Shown here piece after piece: positions 56,246 through 64,000 of a stretch of 64,000 nt of DNA (the first letter of the stretch is position 1; every line of letters begins with the position of its first letter). The stretch lies in contig CAILMI010000033.1 of the NCBI GenBank assembly GCA_903835255.1, positions 13,431 to 77,430 on the forward strand. Reading direction: 5' to 3'. A program made the translations under genes and the position numbers. Source of the stretch: an uncultured Verrucomicrobia subdivision 3 bacterium (GTDB taxonomy: Bacteria; Verrucomicrobiota; Verrucomicrobiia; Limisphaerales; UBA11358). The notes beneath the pieces are model-generated. The model made no database searches. It had not been told where the DNA came from and was given only the letters and a program-made list of their open reading frames with translations.

Positions 56246-56324
56246 GGGCGATATTCTGTGTTCCTGAGCGAAAATCGGGACCTGGCCTCGGAGCTTTAAT
56301 AAGATCCCAAACTGGAAAGCCCTT

Positions 56325-57689
56325 TCAACGCATCAGTTGCTTTTCGAGGTAATGCACGACCTGGCGGACGTTCGCGTCCACTTCCATGCGGTCTTTGACG
56401 AGGCGGCAGGCGTGCAGGACGGTGCCATGATCCCGACCGCCGTAGGCTTCGCCGATGGTGTTCAGGGAGCTTTCGGTCATCTGGCGGGTGAGGTACATGG
56501 CGATCTGCCGCGGGAAGGCGATGTTTTCCGGCCGGCGCTTGCTGGTCATGTCGGCCAGGCGGATGTCGAAATGCTCGGCGACTTTCTTTTGGATGAGTTC
56601 CACGTTGATGGAATACCGGCCCTCTTCGTGCAAAATTTCCCGCAGCAGGCCTTCGACGACTTCCACGGTCAGTTGTCTGCCCGTCAGGGATACGTAGGAG
56701 GCCACCCGGATTAGCGCGCCCTCCAGACGGCGAACATTGGTGCGGATGCGGTTGGCCAGAAAATTCATCACATCGTCGGGCAGGTTGACGCCCATGGCCA
56801 GGGCTTTTTTGTTGAGAATGGCCTGTCGCATTTCAACATCCGGCGGTTGCAAATCCGTGACCAATCCCCATTCAAAACGCGACACGAGGCGGTGCTCCAG
56901 CCCTTGAATCTCGCTGGCGGGGCGGTCGCAGGTCAGGACGATTTGCTTGTGTGCTTCGTGCAAGGCGTTAAAGGTGTGGAAAAACTCCTCCTGAATCCGC
57001 TCCTTGCCCGCCAGAAACTGGATGTCATCGATCAACAGCACGTCCGTCTGGCGGTATTTCTTCCGGAACTTGGCCAGCTGGTTGTTTTGAATGCCGTCGA
57101 TGTATTCGTTGGTGAATTTCTCGGATGACAGGTAGGCCACCCGGGCGCCTTTTTTATTAGCCCCCACGTGCTGTCCGATGGCATGCAGCAGGTGCGTTTT
57201 GCCCAAGCCCACGCCGCCGTAAAGAAACAGCGGATTATAGGATTTCCCCGGGGCTTCAGCCACGGCCTTGGCGGCCGCGAAGGCAAAGTTGTTGTTGTTG
57301 CCCACCACGAACGACTCAAAGGTGTTCTTGGGGTTGAAGTGCGGTTCGCCATTCCCGGCGACCCGATCCCGCGCGACCGCGGCTTTCAACTTTGGAGCCG
57401 AAACCGTTACCGGGGCGGCCGGGGTCAGCGATCCCGTTCCCGTCGCCGCCTTGAATTGGATTTGCAACTGACGACCCGCGGCAATGCCCACCGCATCCTG
57501 CAAAAGACCCAGATAATTGTCCTTGAGCCAGACCTCGCAAAATTCATTCGCCGCCTCCAACGTGACTTGCTGGGCGTCAATCGCACACGCGCGCAACGGC
57601 GCGAACCACATGTTGTAGGTGTCGGCACTCAGCTTGGAACGAAGATGTTCCTGCGCTGAACTCCAAATTTTTTCTGCCGATTGTTGCAT
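56325..57689 (-). CDS. dnaA: chromosomal replication initiator protein DnaA
   Basis: 'GGVGLGKTHLLHAIG', 'LLIDDIQFLAGKERIQEEFFHTFN' and the domain IV motif 'IAFPRQIAMYL'. The start is most likely ATG 57689 ('MQQSAEKIW'). Confidence 0.95.
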   Translation of the reverse strand: MQQSAEKIWSSAQEHLRSKLSADTYNMWFAPLRACAIDAQQVTLEAANEFCEVWLKDNYLGLLQDAVGIAAGRQLQIQFKAATGTGSLTPAAPVTVSAPKLKAAVARDRVAGNGEPHFNPKNTFESFVVGNNNNFAFAAAKAVAEAPGKSYNPLFLYGGVGLGKTHLLHAIGQHVGANKKGARVAYLSSEKFTNEYIDGIQNNQLAKFRKKYRQTDVLLIDDIQFLAGKERIQEEFFHTFNALHEAHKQIVLTCDRPASEIQGLEHRLVSRFEWGLVTDLQPPDVEMRQAILNKKALAMGVNLPDDVMNFLANRIRTNVRRLEGALIRVASYVSLTGRQLTVEVVEGLLREILHEEGRYSINVELIQKKVAEHFDIRLADMTSKRRPENIAFPRQIAMYLTRQMTESSLNTIGEAYGGRDHGTVLHACRLVKDRMEVDANVRQVVHYLEKQLMR

Positions 57690-58400
57690 TTGCGTTCTGT
57701 CGAAAAGCTTGTAAACAAGCGTTTTATTCACCTGATCCCGCATTCCTCTGGGGACCGTATTCGCGGCAGGCACCCCGTCCCTCCCCGCTGGTCCTCCGAG
57801 CCCGCCACCGCCCCGCCTTCCCCCCGAACGCAATCAAAATCGTTTCCGGTAAAGACATAAATGACTCGTTTTAAAGTCTTTATAAAAAAAATTCCCGCCT
57901 TGGGACCACCACCACCACCCCCTGCAAGGAATCACTTCCATCTCAGTGGGGCTTGCCCCTATGTTTTACGTAAATGCGTCCAGCGGTTCGAGGACAACAT
58001 ATTAACATTTGTTCGCAAGTTATTCACAAGCGGATTTTCAACCAATAAAATCAAGGGCTTCAAGGTTTTTATTCCTCTGGGTGACTTCCTGCTCCGACTC
58101 GCTGGAGGGTCTGCCCTCATCCGAAATTCACACCGGCCGTTTTTCCCCGCCACATTTTTAGGTTGTCCGAGGCAGCTTCGCTTCTCTGTCTGCCATATCC
58201 TTTGGACGGGGGGATCCATCCTAACAGTCCGGGTCTTTCTGTAAATAGGATTTTTCTCTGAATGGGGCCTGTTTCGACGCGCGCGACAGGGTCAATCTCT
58301 TCCTAGGGTTTGCCCTTCCGGCCGTTTGCAGGCACAACGGCGGTGGGCAGTGGACTACCTGCCCTACCCGCCGATGTCCCAAGGTTAAGTTAACTTAAGC
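57690..58400. promoter_or_regulatory. dnaA upstream non-coding region: candidate oriC / dnaA promoter
   Basis: 'TTATTCAC' occurs twice: 57724 (TTATTCACC) and 58020 (TTATTCACA, 1 mismatch to the TTATCCACA box). There is an A/T-rich stretch at 57861-57895 and no convincing CDS. Confidence 0.4.
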
Positions 58401-58402
58401 AC

Positions 58403-58675
58403 GAACGCCGCAATAGGAGTTCTCGCCCGCGTGGCAAGGTCAGCGCGCAGCGGACCTCGCCCGCGTTCAGCGGACGTCAGGAATCGGCTTGGAAGAGACG
58501 CCCGTAAAAGTCCCTACCGCGCCGGGTTTTTTACCGGTAGGGATCGCCGCGCTGCGGCGTCCCCCGGCGCCGAGCGTAGCGTCAGGCGCCGGAAAACGAA
58601 TCGCAAGGCGAGTGTCTTTTTTCCGTTCGTTCCGCCCTGTCGGGCGGGGGCATCGCAGCGCGATGCCCTCTACCT
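58403..58675. repeat. R1 repeat, copy C
   Basis: Full-length match to 39705-39975, including the terminal hairpin GGGCATCGC-AGC-GCGATGCCC (58648-58668). It is preceded by the 14-bp perfect palindrome TTAAGTTAACTTAA (58385-58398). Confidence 0.85.
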
Positions 58676-58814
58676 ATTTCGGAGTTCGGGTTAAGGTCTG
58701 GAAATAGCCGGCCGCCCCCCCTTTGGCGTGTGGGGAGGGCCCGGAATGAAGTTCTGGGCGGGCGGTTGAAATGACTTTTCTCGGCGGCAGGCATGCGGCA
58801 TTCTTTTTGGGTCC

Positions 58815-60110
58815 ATGATTCCTCAAAAAACTCCGGTGATTTCCACGATCGACCACAAGCCGCATGCGGCCTTTTTCCGGCAAAGCGGCTGGCTGATGAT
58901 TGCGGCTGTCGGCGGCGGGGCGCTGACGTGGGGCGTTCATTTTCTGGCCAAGTCCATCCCCGAATCCCAATATGCGGTGTTCGGGACGTTATTAATGGTG
59001 GTGGCCTGTCTGCCGACCATGCCGTTGCAGATGGTGTTTGCGCAGCAAACGGCCCGGGCGCTGGCCGGCGGCCGCGAACGGCAGCTGGCTGGCATGATCC
59101 GGCTGGCGTGGTTGCTGACGTTTCTGGTTTGGGCGCTGGGCGCGCTGGTGATTGTGGCGTTCCGGAAACAGATCGTGGCCGGCTGGCATCTCCCGGATGC
59201 GACCGCCCTGTGGGTGACGCTGCCGCTGCTGCTGGTGTCGTTGTGGCTGCCTCTGTTTTCAGGGGTGGTGCAGGGCCGGCAGGATTTTTTCTGGCTGGGC
59301 TGGTCCACCATTCTGGGCGGGGCCGGGCGTTTGCTGCTGGCTGCCTTCCTGGTGCTGGCGCTGGGGTTGGGCGCGGCGGGTATGCTGGCGGGGGCGCTGG
59401 GCGCGGTCGGGCTGGCTTCTGCCGTCTTAATATGGCGGTCGCGGGATTTATGGGGCGGTCAGACGGAGCGGTTTGACGGGAGGGAGCTGATGCGGCAAGT
59501 GGTCCCGCTGTTATTGGGATTTGGAGCCTGCCAGTTCATGTTCACTGCGGACACGATGTATGCGAAGGCTTATTTTACTGGTGAGGAGATCGCGCCGTAT
59601 GTGGCCGCCGGCACCCTGTCGCGGGCGCTGCTCTGGCTGGTACTGCCGCTGGCTCAGGTGATGTTCCCCAAAATCGTTCACGCGGCCGCCAAATCGGAGA
59701 AGACCAACCTGTTCAATCTGGTGGTGCTGGGCACGGCGGTGCTGGCCATCTGCGGGGCGCTGGGATTATGGCTGGTCGGACCGGTTCTGGTGAAGATCGT
59801 TTACAAATCAAGCTATGTGGCGGCGACCACCGCATTGCTGCCGTGGTATGCGGGGGCGATGGTGCCACTGGCGCTGGCAAACGTGATGGTGAACGATCTG
59901 CTGGCGCGGTCGCGGTTCGGCGTGGTCCCGTTCATGGGCGCGCTGGCAGTGGCCTACGGATTCACGCTGCCGTTCCTGCTGAACCGTTTCCCCGGGCGTT
60001 TGGAGGTGCTGCTGCAAACGCTCGGCGCGTTCAACCTGCTGCTGTTCCTCGTCTGCGCCTGGTTTACCTGGGGCGTCCGAAAAGCGACCCCCTCGGAACC
60101 GAAACCCTAG
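58815..60110 (+). CDS. polysaccharide biosynthesis protein / oligosaccharide flippase (MOP superfamily)
   Basis: 431 aa with about 12 hydrophobic segments. The Wzx-like pattern is judged by eye only. Confidence 0.65.
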   Translation: MIPQKTPVISTIDHKPHAAFFRQSGWLMIAAVGGGALTWGVHFLAKSIPESQYAVFGTLLMVVACLPTMPLQMVFAQQTARALAGGRERQLAGMIRLAWLLTFLVWALGALVIVAFRKQIVAGWHLPDATALWVTLPLLLVSLWLPLFSGVVQGRQDFFWLGWSTILGGAGRLLLAAFLVLALGLGAAGMLAGALGAVGLASAVLIWRSRDLWGGQTERFDGRELMRQVVPLLLGFGACQFMFTADTMYAKAYFTGEEIAPYVAAGTLSRALLWLVLPLAQVMFPKIVHAAAKSEKTNLFNLVVLGTAVLAICGALGLWLVGPVLVKIVYKSSYVAATTALLPWYAGAMVPLALANVMVNDLLARSRFGVVPFMGALAVAYGFTLPFLLNRFPGRLEVLLQTLGAFNLLLFLVCAWFTWGVRKATPSEPKP

Positions 60111-60153
60111 CCGGGAATCAAGGGGGATTCCCCGCCGCCCGCCTTTGGCCCCA

Positions 60154-60969
60154 TCACTTGATTTCCGGCGTTCGCCGCAGCGGCGTGGGTGCGCGCAAGG
60201 TTTTATAGAGCCACGCTTCCAAAGGGCGCAAAGGACGGAGCATTTTATAGAACGGAGAATAAATCAGCCGCACCCGCACGACGGATAAAAACATGGTCAG
60301 CGAAGAGCGGCCGAGCGCCACTTTCGACCCGGCCTGATCCGTCCATTCCGTCGGCGCCTCCAGGATGCGGAAGCCCGCCCGCTGGATTACCACCAGCAGA
60401 TTGATGTCGAAGGCCATGTCGGCGATATGCAGAAAGGGATGAATTTTTTCAGCGACCGCCCGCTTCATCACCTTCGCCCCGCATTGCGTGTCGCGGATAT
60501 TCATCCAAAACAATGTCTGCACGATGAAATGAAATACGCGGCTGGCAAACCGGCGGTTGCCCGACTGCGATTGGTGGATGACCGCGCCCGGCAGCCAGCG
60601 CGAGCCGATGACGCAATCCACCGGACCGATTTTTCGCACCAGATCCAGATAGGCGTCCGGCGGCGTCGCGCCGTCCGCGTCCACATACCCGATCAAATCC
60701 GCCTTGCCCGCAAGTTTGAGGCCCTCGATGAGCGCGCCCCCCTTGCCGATGGGTTCGGGGAAATCCAGCCAGCCCACCGCCGGGAACTCCTTGGCCACGC
60801 GCCGCACCACGCCGAGCGTGTTGTCGCGGCACCCGTTGAGGATGACCATCAATTGAAACGGGCCGGAATAATGGCGCTGGAAAAAATCCGCATAGCGGCG
60901 CAGCACCGGTTCGATGCGCGCTTCTTCGTTGTAAGCGGGAATGAGGAGCAGCAGGCTTGGCTCGGGCAC
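60154..60969 (-). CDS. family 2 glycosyltransferase (polyprenyl-phosphate glycosyltransferase-like)
   Basis: 'LLLIPAYNEEARI', 'GYVDADGATPP' and 'QCGAKV'. Confidence 0.85.
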   Translation of the reverse strand: MPEPSLLLLIPAYNEEARIEPVLRRYADFFQRHYSGPFQLMVILNGCRDNTLGVVRRVAKEFPAVGWLDFPEPIGKGGALIEGLKLAGKADLIGYVDADGATPPDAYLDLVRKIGPVDCVIGSRWLPGAVIHQSQSGNRRFASRVFHFIVQTLFWMNIRDTQCGAKVMKRAVAEKIHPFLHIADMAFDINLLVVIQRAGFRILEAPTEWTDQAGSKVALGRSSLTMFLSVVRVRLIYSPFYKMLRPLRPLEAWLYKTLRAPTPLRRTPEIK

Positions 60970-61151
60970 CGTTATTCAGTATCAGAAACATTCGGCTCGG
61001 GCAACCCTTGGAAAAACTCTCACCTGGGAGGCAATGGAGAAAGCCGGGGCTGTGTTCAGAGACGTCCCCCCGGAGGAGGGATGCCCGCGCCACATCCAGT
61101 TGCCGCGGAAACATTCCTTGCAGGCATCGGAGACCGGCATTATCTAGCTAC

Positions 61152-62258
61152 ATGGAGTCTCAGGAGGCATTCGTGGCCTTGAACATGATTGAGGGGGTCG
61201 GGCCAGTGCGGGTGCGGCAATTGCTGGAGCATTTCGGCGATGCGCCCGCCATCCTCGCCGCCTCGCGCGGCGAACTGCTCCGCATCCGCACCATCGGCGA
61301 GGACACGGCGGAGGCCATCGCCGGCTGGGAAAAATCCGTGGACCTTGCGGGCGAACTGAAACGCATCGCAGATTTCGGCTGTCACATCCTGATCCAGAGC
61401 GACGAGCAGTACCCCGAATCGCTCCGGCACATCTACGACCCGCCGCTGGTGCTGTACGTCCAGGGCGGGCTGACGGCCAAGGACAGGAACAGTGTGGCGC
61501 TGGTCGGCTCGCGGCAGACGACGCATTACGGCATTGAGACGGCGCGCAAGCTGGCGTATCAGCTCGCCTACACAGGGGTGACGGTGGTGAGCGGCGGCGC
61601 GCGCGGCATTGACACGGCGGCGCATCAGGGTGCATTGAGCGGCAAGGGCCGCACGGTCGCGGTTTTGGGCACCGGGATTAATTTAATTTTTCCGCCGGAA
61701 AACGCCGGTCTGTTCGAGCGCATTGCAGCGAACGGCGCCGTCATCACCCAATTTCCCTTCAACCGTTCCGCGGACAAACAGTCCTTTCCCATCCGCAACC
61801 GCATCGTCGCGGGCATGACGCTCGGGACGGTCGTGGTGGAGGCCAACCTGTCCAGCGGAGCGCTCATCACCGCGAATTTCGCCACGGAATACGGGCGGCA
61901 GGTGTTTGCTGTGCCGGGGCGGATCGATTCGCCGCGCAGCAAAGGCTGTCATGACCTGATCAAGAAAGGCGCGAAGCTGTGCGAAGGGGTGGAGGACATC
62001 CTGAGCGAGTTTGAATACCTGTTTCCGCCCAGCAACCGCCGGCCGATGCCGAATGAGGCAGGAGGGTTGTCGGCGCTGGAATTGAGCGAGCACGAAAAGC
62101 GGGTCTACGATGCGCTGGAGTCGGGGGAATCCACCACGGACGAGGTGATCCGCGCCTGCGGACTGCCCAGCTCTACCGTCAGCGTGGCGTTGTTCAGCCT
62201 GGAGATGAAGCATGCCGTGCGACAACTCCCAGGGAAGCTTTTTGTGCGGAACCAGTGA
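61152..62258 (+). CDS. dprA: DNA-processing protein DprA
   Basis: 'ALNMIEGVGPVRVRQLLEHFG', 'GGARGIDTAAHQGAL', and a C-terminal winged-helix-like domain. ATG at 61152. Confidence 0.9.
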   Translation: MESQEAFVALNMIEGVGPVRVRQLLEHFGDAPAILAASRGELLRIRTIGEDTAEAIAGWEKSVDLAGELKRIADFGCHILIQSDEQYPESLRHIYDPPLVLYVQGGLTAKDRNSVALVGSRQTTHYGIETARKLAYQLAYTGVTVVSGGARGIDTAAHQGALSGKGRTVAVLGTGINLIFPPENAGLFERIAANGAVITQFPFNRSADKQSFPIRNRIVAGMTLGTVVVEANLSSGALITANFATEYGRQVFAVPGRIDSPRSKGCHDLIKKGAKLCEGVEDILSEFEYLFPPSNRRPMPNEAGGLSALELSEHEKRVYDALESGESTTDEVIRACGLPSSTVSVALFSLEMKHAVRQLPGKLFVRNQ

Positions 62259-62293
62259 AGCGATGAGGCGGCAGGGGTCGCCGCTCCGGCCTT

Positions 62294-64000
62294 CTACTTT
62301 TTCGCCGCGGCCGCGCGACACACCCGGAGGAGGCCGTATTCATATTTTTCGCCGAGCGCTTCCCGCGCGCCCACAATATTGCCCCAGCCAGTGCGCTGAA
62401 AAGCCCCGGCAATCTCCGCCTGGGCCTCCGCGCTCACGAGTTGGTTCAGATCCACCGGTTCGCCGGCTTCCAGGGCATTGGCCAGATGGCCGAATACCGT
62501 GCCGGGCGTGATCTCGCGGGCGGCGGCGATCTGCGGGACGGATTCGCCCGCGCGGAACCGGCGCAGGGTTTCCTGGGTGGTTTCATTGAGGCGGGACGGG
62601 CGGGCGGCGGGTGCAGTGAAGGAATCGTCCGCGAACATCTGGCGCGGATTCGTCAGCAAATGTGCGGCGATCTCCAGGAGGAACACCTCGCCGAACTCGC
62701 GCAGCTTCTTTTCACCCACGCCGCTGATGCGGGCGAAGTCGCGTTCGCGTTCGGGATAATTCCGCGCCATCTGCCGCAGGGCCACATCGGAGAACACGAT
62801 ATAGGCGGGGACATCGCGTTCGTCCGCCAGCCGCTTGCGGAGTTCGCGCAGCCGCTCAAATAGGACTTCATCGCAGGCGATTTCGCCGACGTGGCGGGTG
62901 GTCGCCTCGGGCGCGGCCACGGGTTGGGTCAGGGTGAAGGACCGGCGCTCCTTGAGTGCGGTGCGACCGGCGGGGGTGATTTCCAGCACGCTGAACTTTT
63001 CCGTCGTCTGGCGGAGAAAGCCCAGCCGGATCAGCTCCCGGCCGATGGCGGACCATTCCGGGCGGCTGTGTTCACGCCCGATGCCATAAGTGGAAAGCTC
63101 CTGATCCCCCCATTTCCGAATTTTTTCCGTGTCCGCTCCGGTAAGGACTTCCACGACGTGGTTGAGCCCCACGCCAAACCCATTCTTTTCCCGGAGCCGA
63201 TAGACGCAGGAGAGCATTTTTTGCGCGGCCAGGGTGCCGTCGAATGTGGCGCGCGGCGAAAGGCAGTTATCGCACGCGCCGCAGCCGTCGGCTGAAAATA
63301 TCTCCCCGAAATAGGCGAGCAATTCGCTGCGCCGGCAGTTGGCGCACTCCGCGTAGTGGACCATCTGCTGCAGCTGTTCGCGCGCAATCTGGCGCTCCTG
63401 CGGATTCGTCTTATCATCGATGAATGAGGTCTGCTTCACCACATCGCCCGCGCTGAAGAGCAGGACGCATTCGCCCGGCAGACCGTCGCGGCCGGCCCGG
63501 CCGGTCTCCTGATAATAGCCCTCGATGTTTTTCGGCAGGTCATAATGCACCACGAAGCGGACGTTCGGCTTGTTGATGCCCATGCCGAAGGCGATGGTCG
63601 CACAGACCACCCGGATATTATCACGGAGAAACAGTTCCTGATGCGTGCCGCGTTCCGCGGGCGTCAATCCGGCATGGTAGGCCCGGGCCTTGACGCCGTC
63701 CGCACTCAGGCGTTCCGCCACGCTCTCCGTCGCTTTGCGCGACAGGCAATAGACGATGCCGCTGTCCCGGGGCCGCGACCTCAGAAAGTCCAAAAGCTGG
63801 TCGTAGGGTTTGTTTTTAGCAACCACCCGGTAGGTCAGGTTGGGCCGGTTGAAGCTGGCGACGTAACATTTCGGTTCGCTTAGTTTCAGGTGGGTGATGA
63901 TATCCTCGCGGACGCGGCCGGTGGCGGTGGCGGTGAGCGCCATGAACGGCACCCCGGGAAAATGGGCGCGGAGTTCCGCGATCTGGCGATATTCCGGGCG
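62294..64000 (-). CDS. recQ: ATP-dependent DNA helicase RecQ (N-terminus outside window)
   Basis: The frame stays open to nt 64000 ('RPEYRQIAELRAHFPGVPFMALTATAT'). It has a Zn-binding Cys cluster, an HRDC domain ('RLRELRKRLADERDVPAYIVFSD') and an extra C-terminal HTH-like domain. Confidence 0.92.
   Translation of the reverse strand, partial: RPEYRQIAELRAHFPGVPFMALTATATGRVREDIITHLKLSEPKCYVASFNRPNLTYRVVAKNKPYDQLLDFLRSRPRDSGIVYCLSRKATESVAERLSADGVKARAYHAGLTPAERGTHQELFLRDNIRVVCATIAFGMGINKPNVRFVVHYDLPKNIEGYYQETGRAGRDGLPGECVLLFSAGDVVKQTSFIDDKTNPQERQIAREQLQQMVHYAECANCRRSELLAYFGEIFSADGCGACDNCLSPRATFDGTLAAQKMLSCVYRLREKNGFGVGLNHVVEVLTGADTEKIRKWGDQELSTYGIGREHSRPEWSAIGRELIRLGFLRQTTEKFSVLEITPAGRTALKERRSFTLTQPVAAPEATTRHVGEIACDEVLFERLRELRKRLADERDVPAYIVFSDVALRQMARNYPERERDFARISGVGEKKLREFGEVFLLEIAAHLLTNPRQMFADDSFTAPAARPSRLNETTQETLRRFRAGESVPQIAAAREITPGTVFGHLANALEAGEPVDLNQLVSAEAQAEIAGAFQRTGWGNIVGAREALGEKYEYGLLRVCRAAAAKK

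Noticed and set aside
57861-58244. 127-aa ORF in the dnaA upstream region
   Set aside because: It has non-protein-like composition (poly-Pro from a C/A run, no SD, no homology) and is not rpmH. I treated the region as non-coding and a candidate oriC.
58793-59476. 227-aa plus-strand ORF overlapping the flippase gene
   Set aside because: It is the alternative frame of the multi-TM flippase ORF (58815-60110). Its Gly/Arg/Ala-rich translation is not membrane-like or globular.

Overview
High-GC bacterial chromosome segment with about 55 protein-coding genes on both strands. I infer a PVC-group organism, most likely Verrucomicrobiota, from an H-X9-DG prepilin-type protein, a giant Thr/Asn/Gly-rich secreted protein and GC-rich hairpin repeats; this cannot be verified here. 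Most of the window is housekeeping: infC, glyQS, fba, rnhB, DAHP synthase, lpxD, tig, cimA, valS, pyrR-pyrB, asd, dnaA, dprA and recQ. dnaA (56325-57689, minus strand) is preceded by about 1.1 kb of non-coding DNA that is a candidate oriC. Four stretches look accessory and are visibly more A/T-rich by eye (not computed): 13.2-14.3 kb (secreted GDSL-like protein with degenerate catalytic motifs), 40.3-45.3 kb (1272-aa surface protein divergent from an H-X9-DG pseudopilin), 46-52 kb (heavy-metal-type RND efflux locus with signs of decay or phase switching) and 52-55.2 kb (LpxH-like/GT/GH1 operon). I recognised no rRNA, tRNA, CRISPR array, transposase, integrase or known defence system. No clearly novel multi-gene system emerged. 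The observations I consider most worth follow-up are: (1) a perfect double-hairpin palindromic element in-frame inside valS; (2) a GDSL-like protein that appears to lack both the catalytic Ser and His, next to a FadL porin; (3) a C-terminal 'FY(R/L)LR.P' module shared by two secreted proteins; (4) two dispersed structured repeat families; (5) a GxxExxY cassette bounded by inverted and direct repeats abutting the valS start; (6) a T9 tract that splits the RND adaptor gene. Many long ORFs in the track are antisense shadows typical of high-GC DNA and were not called.
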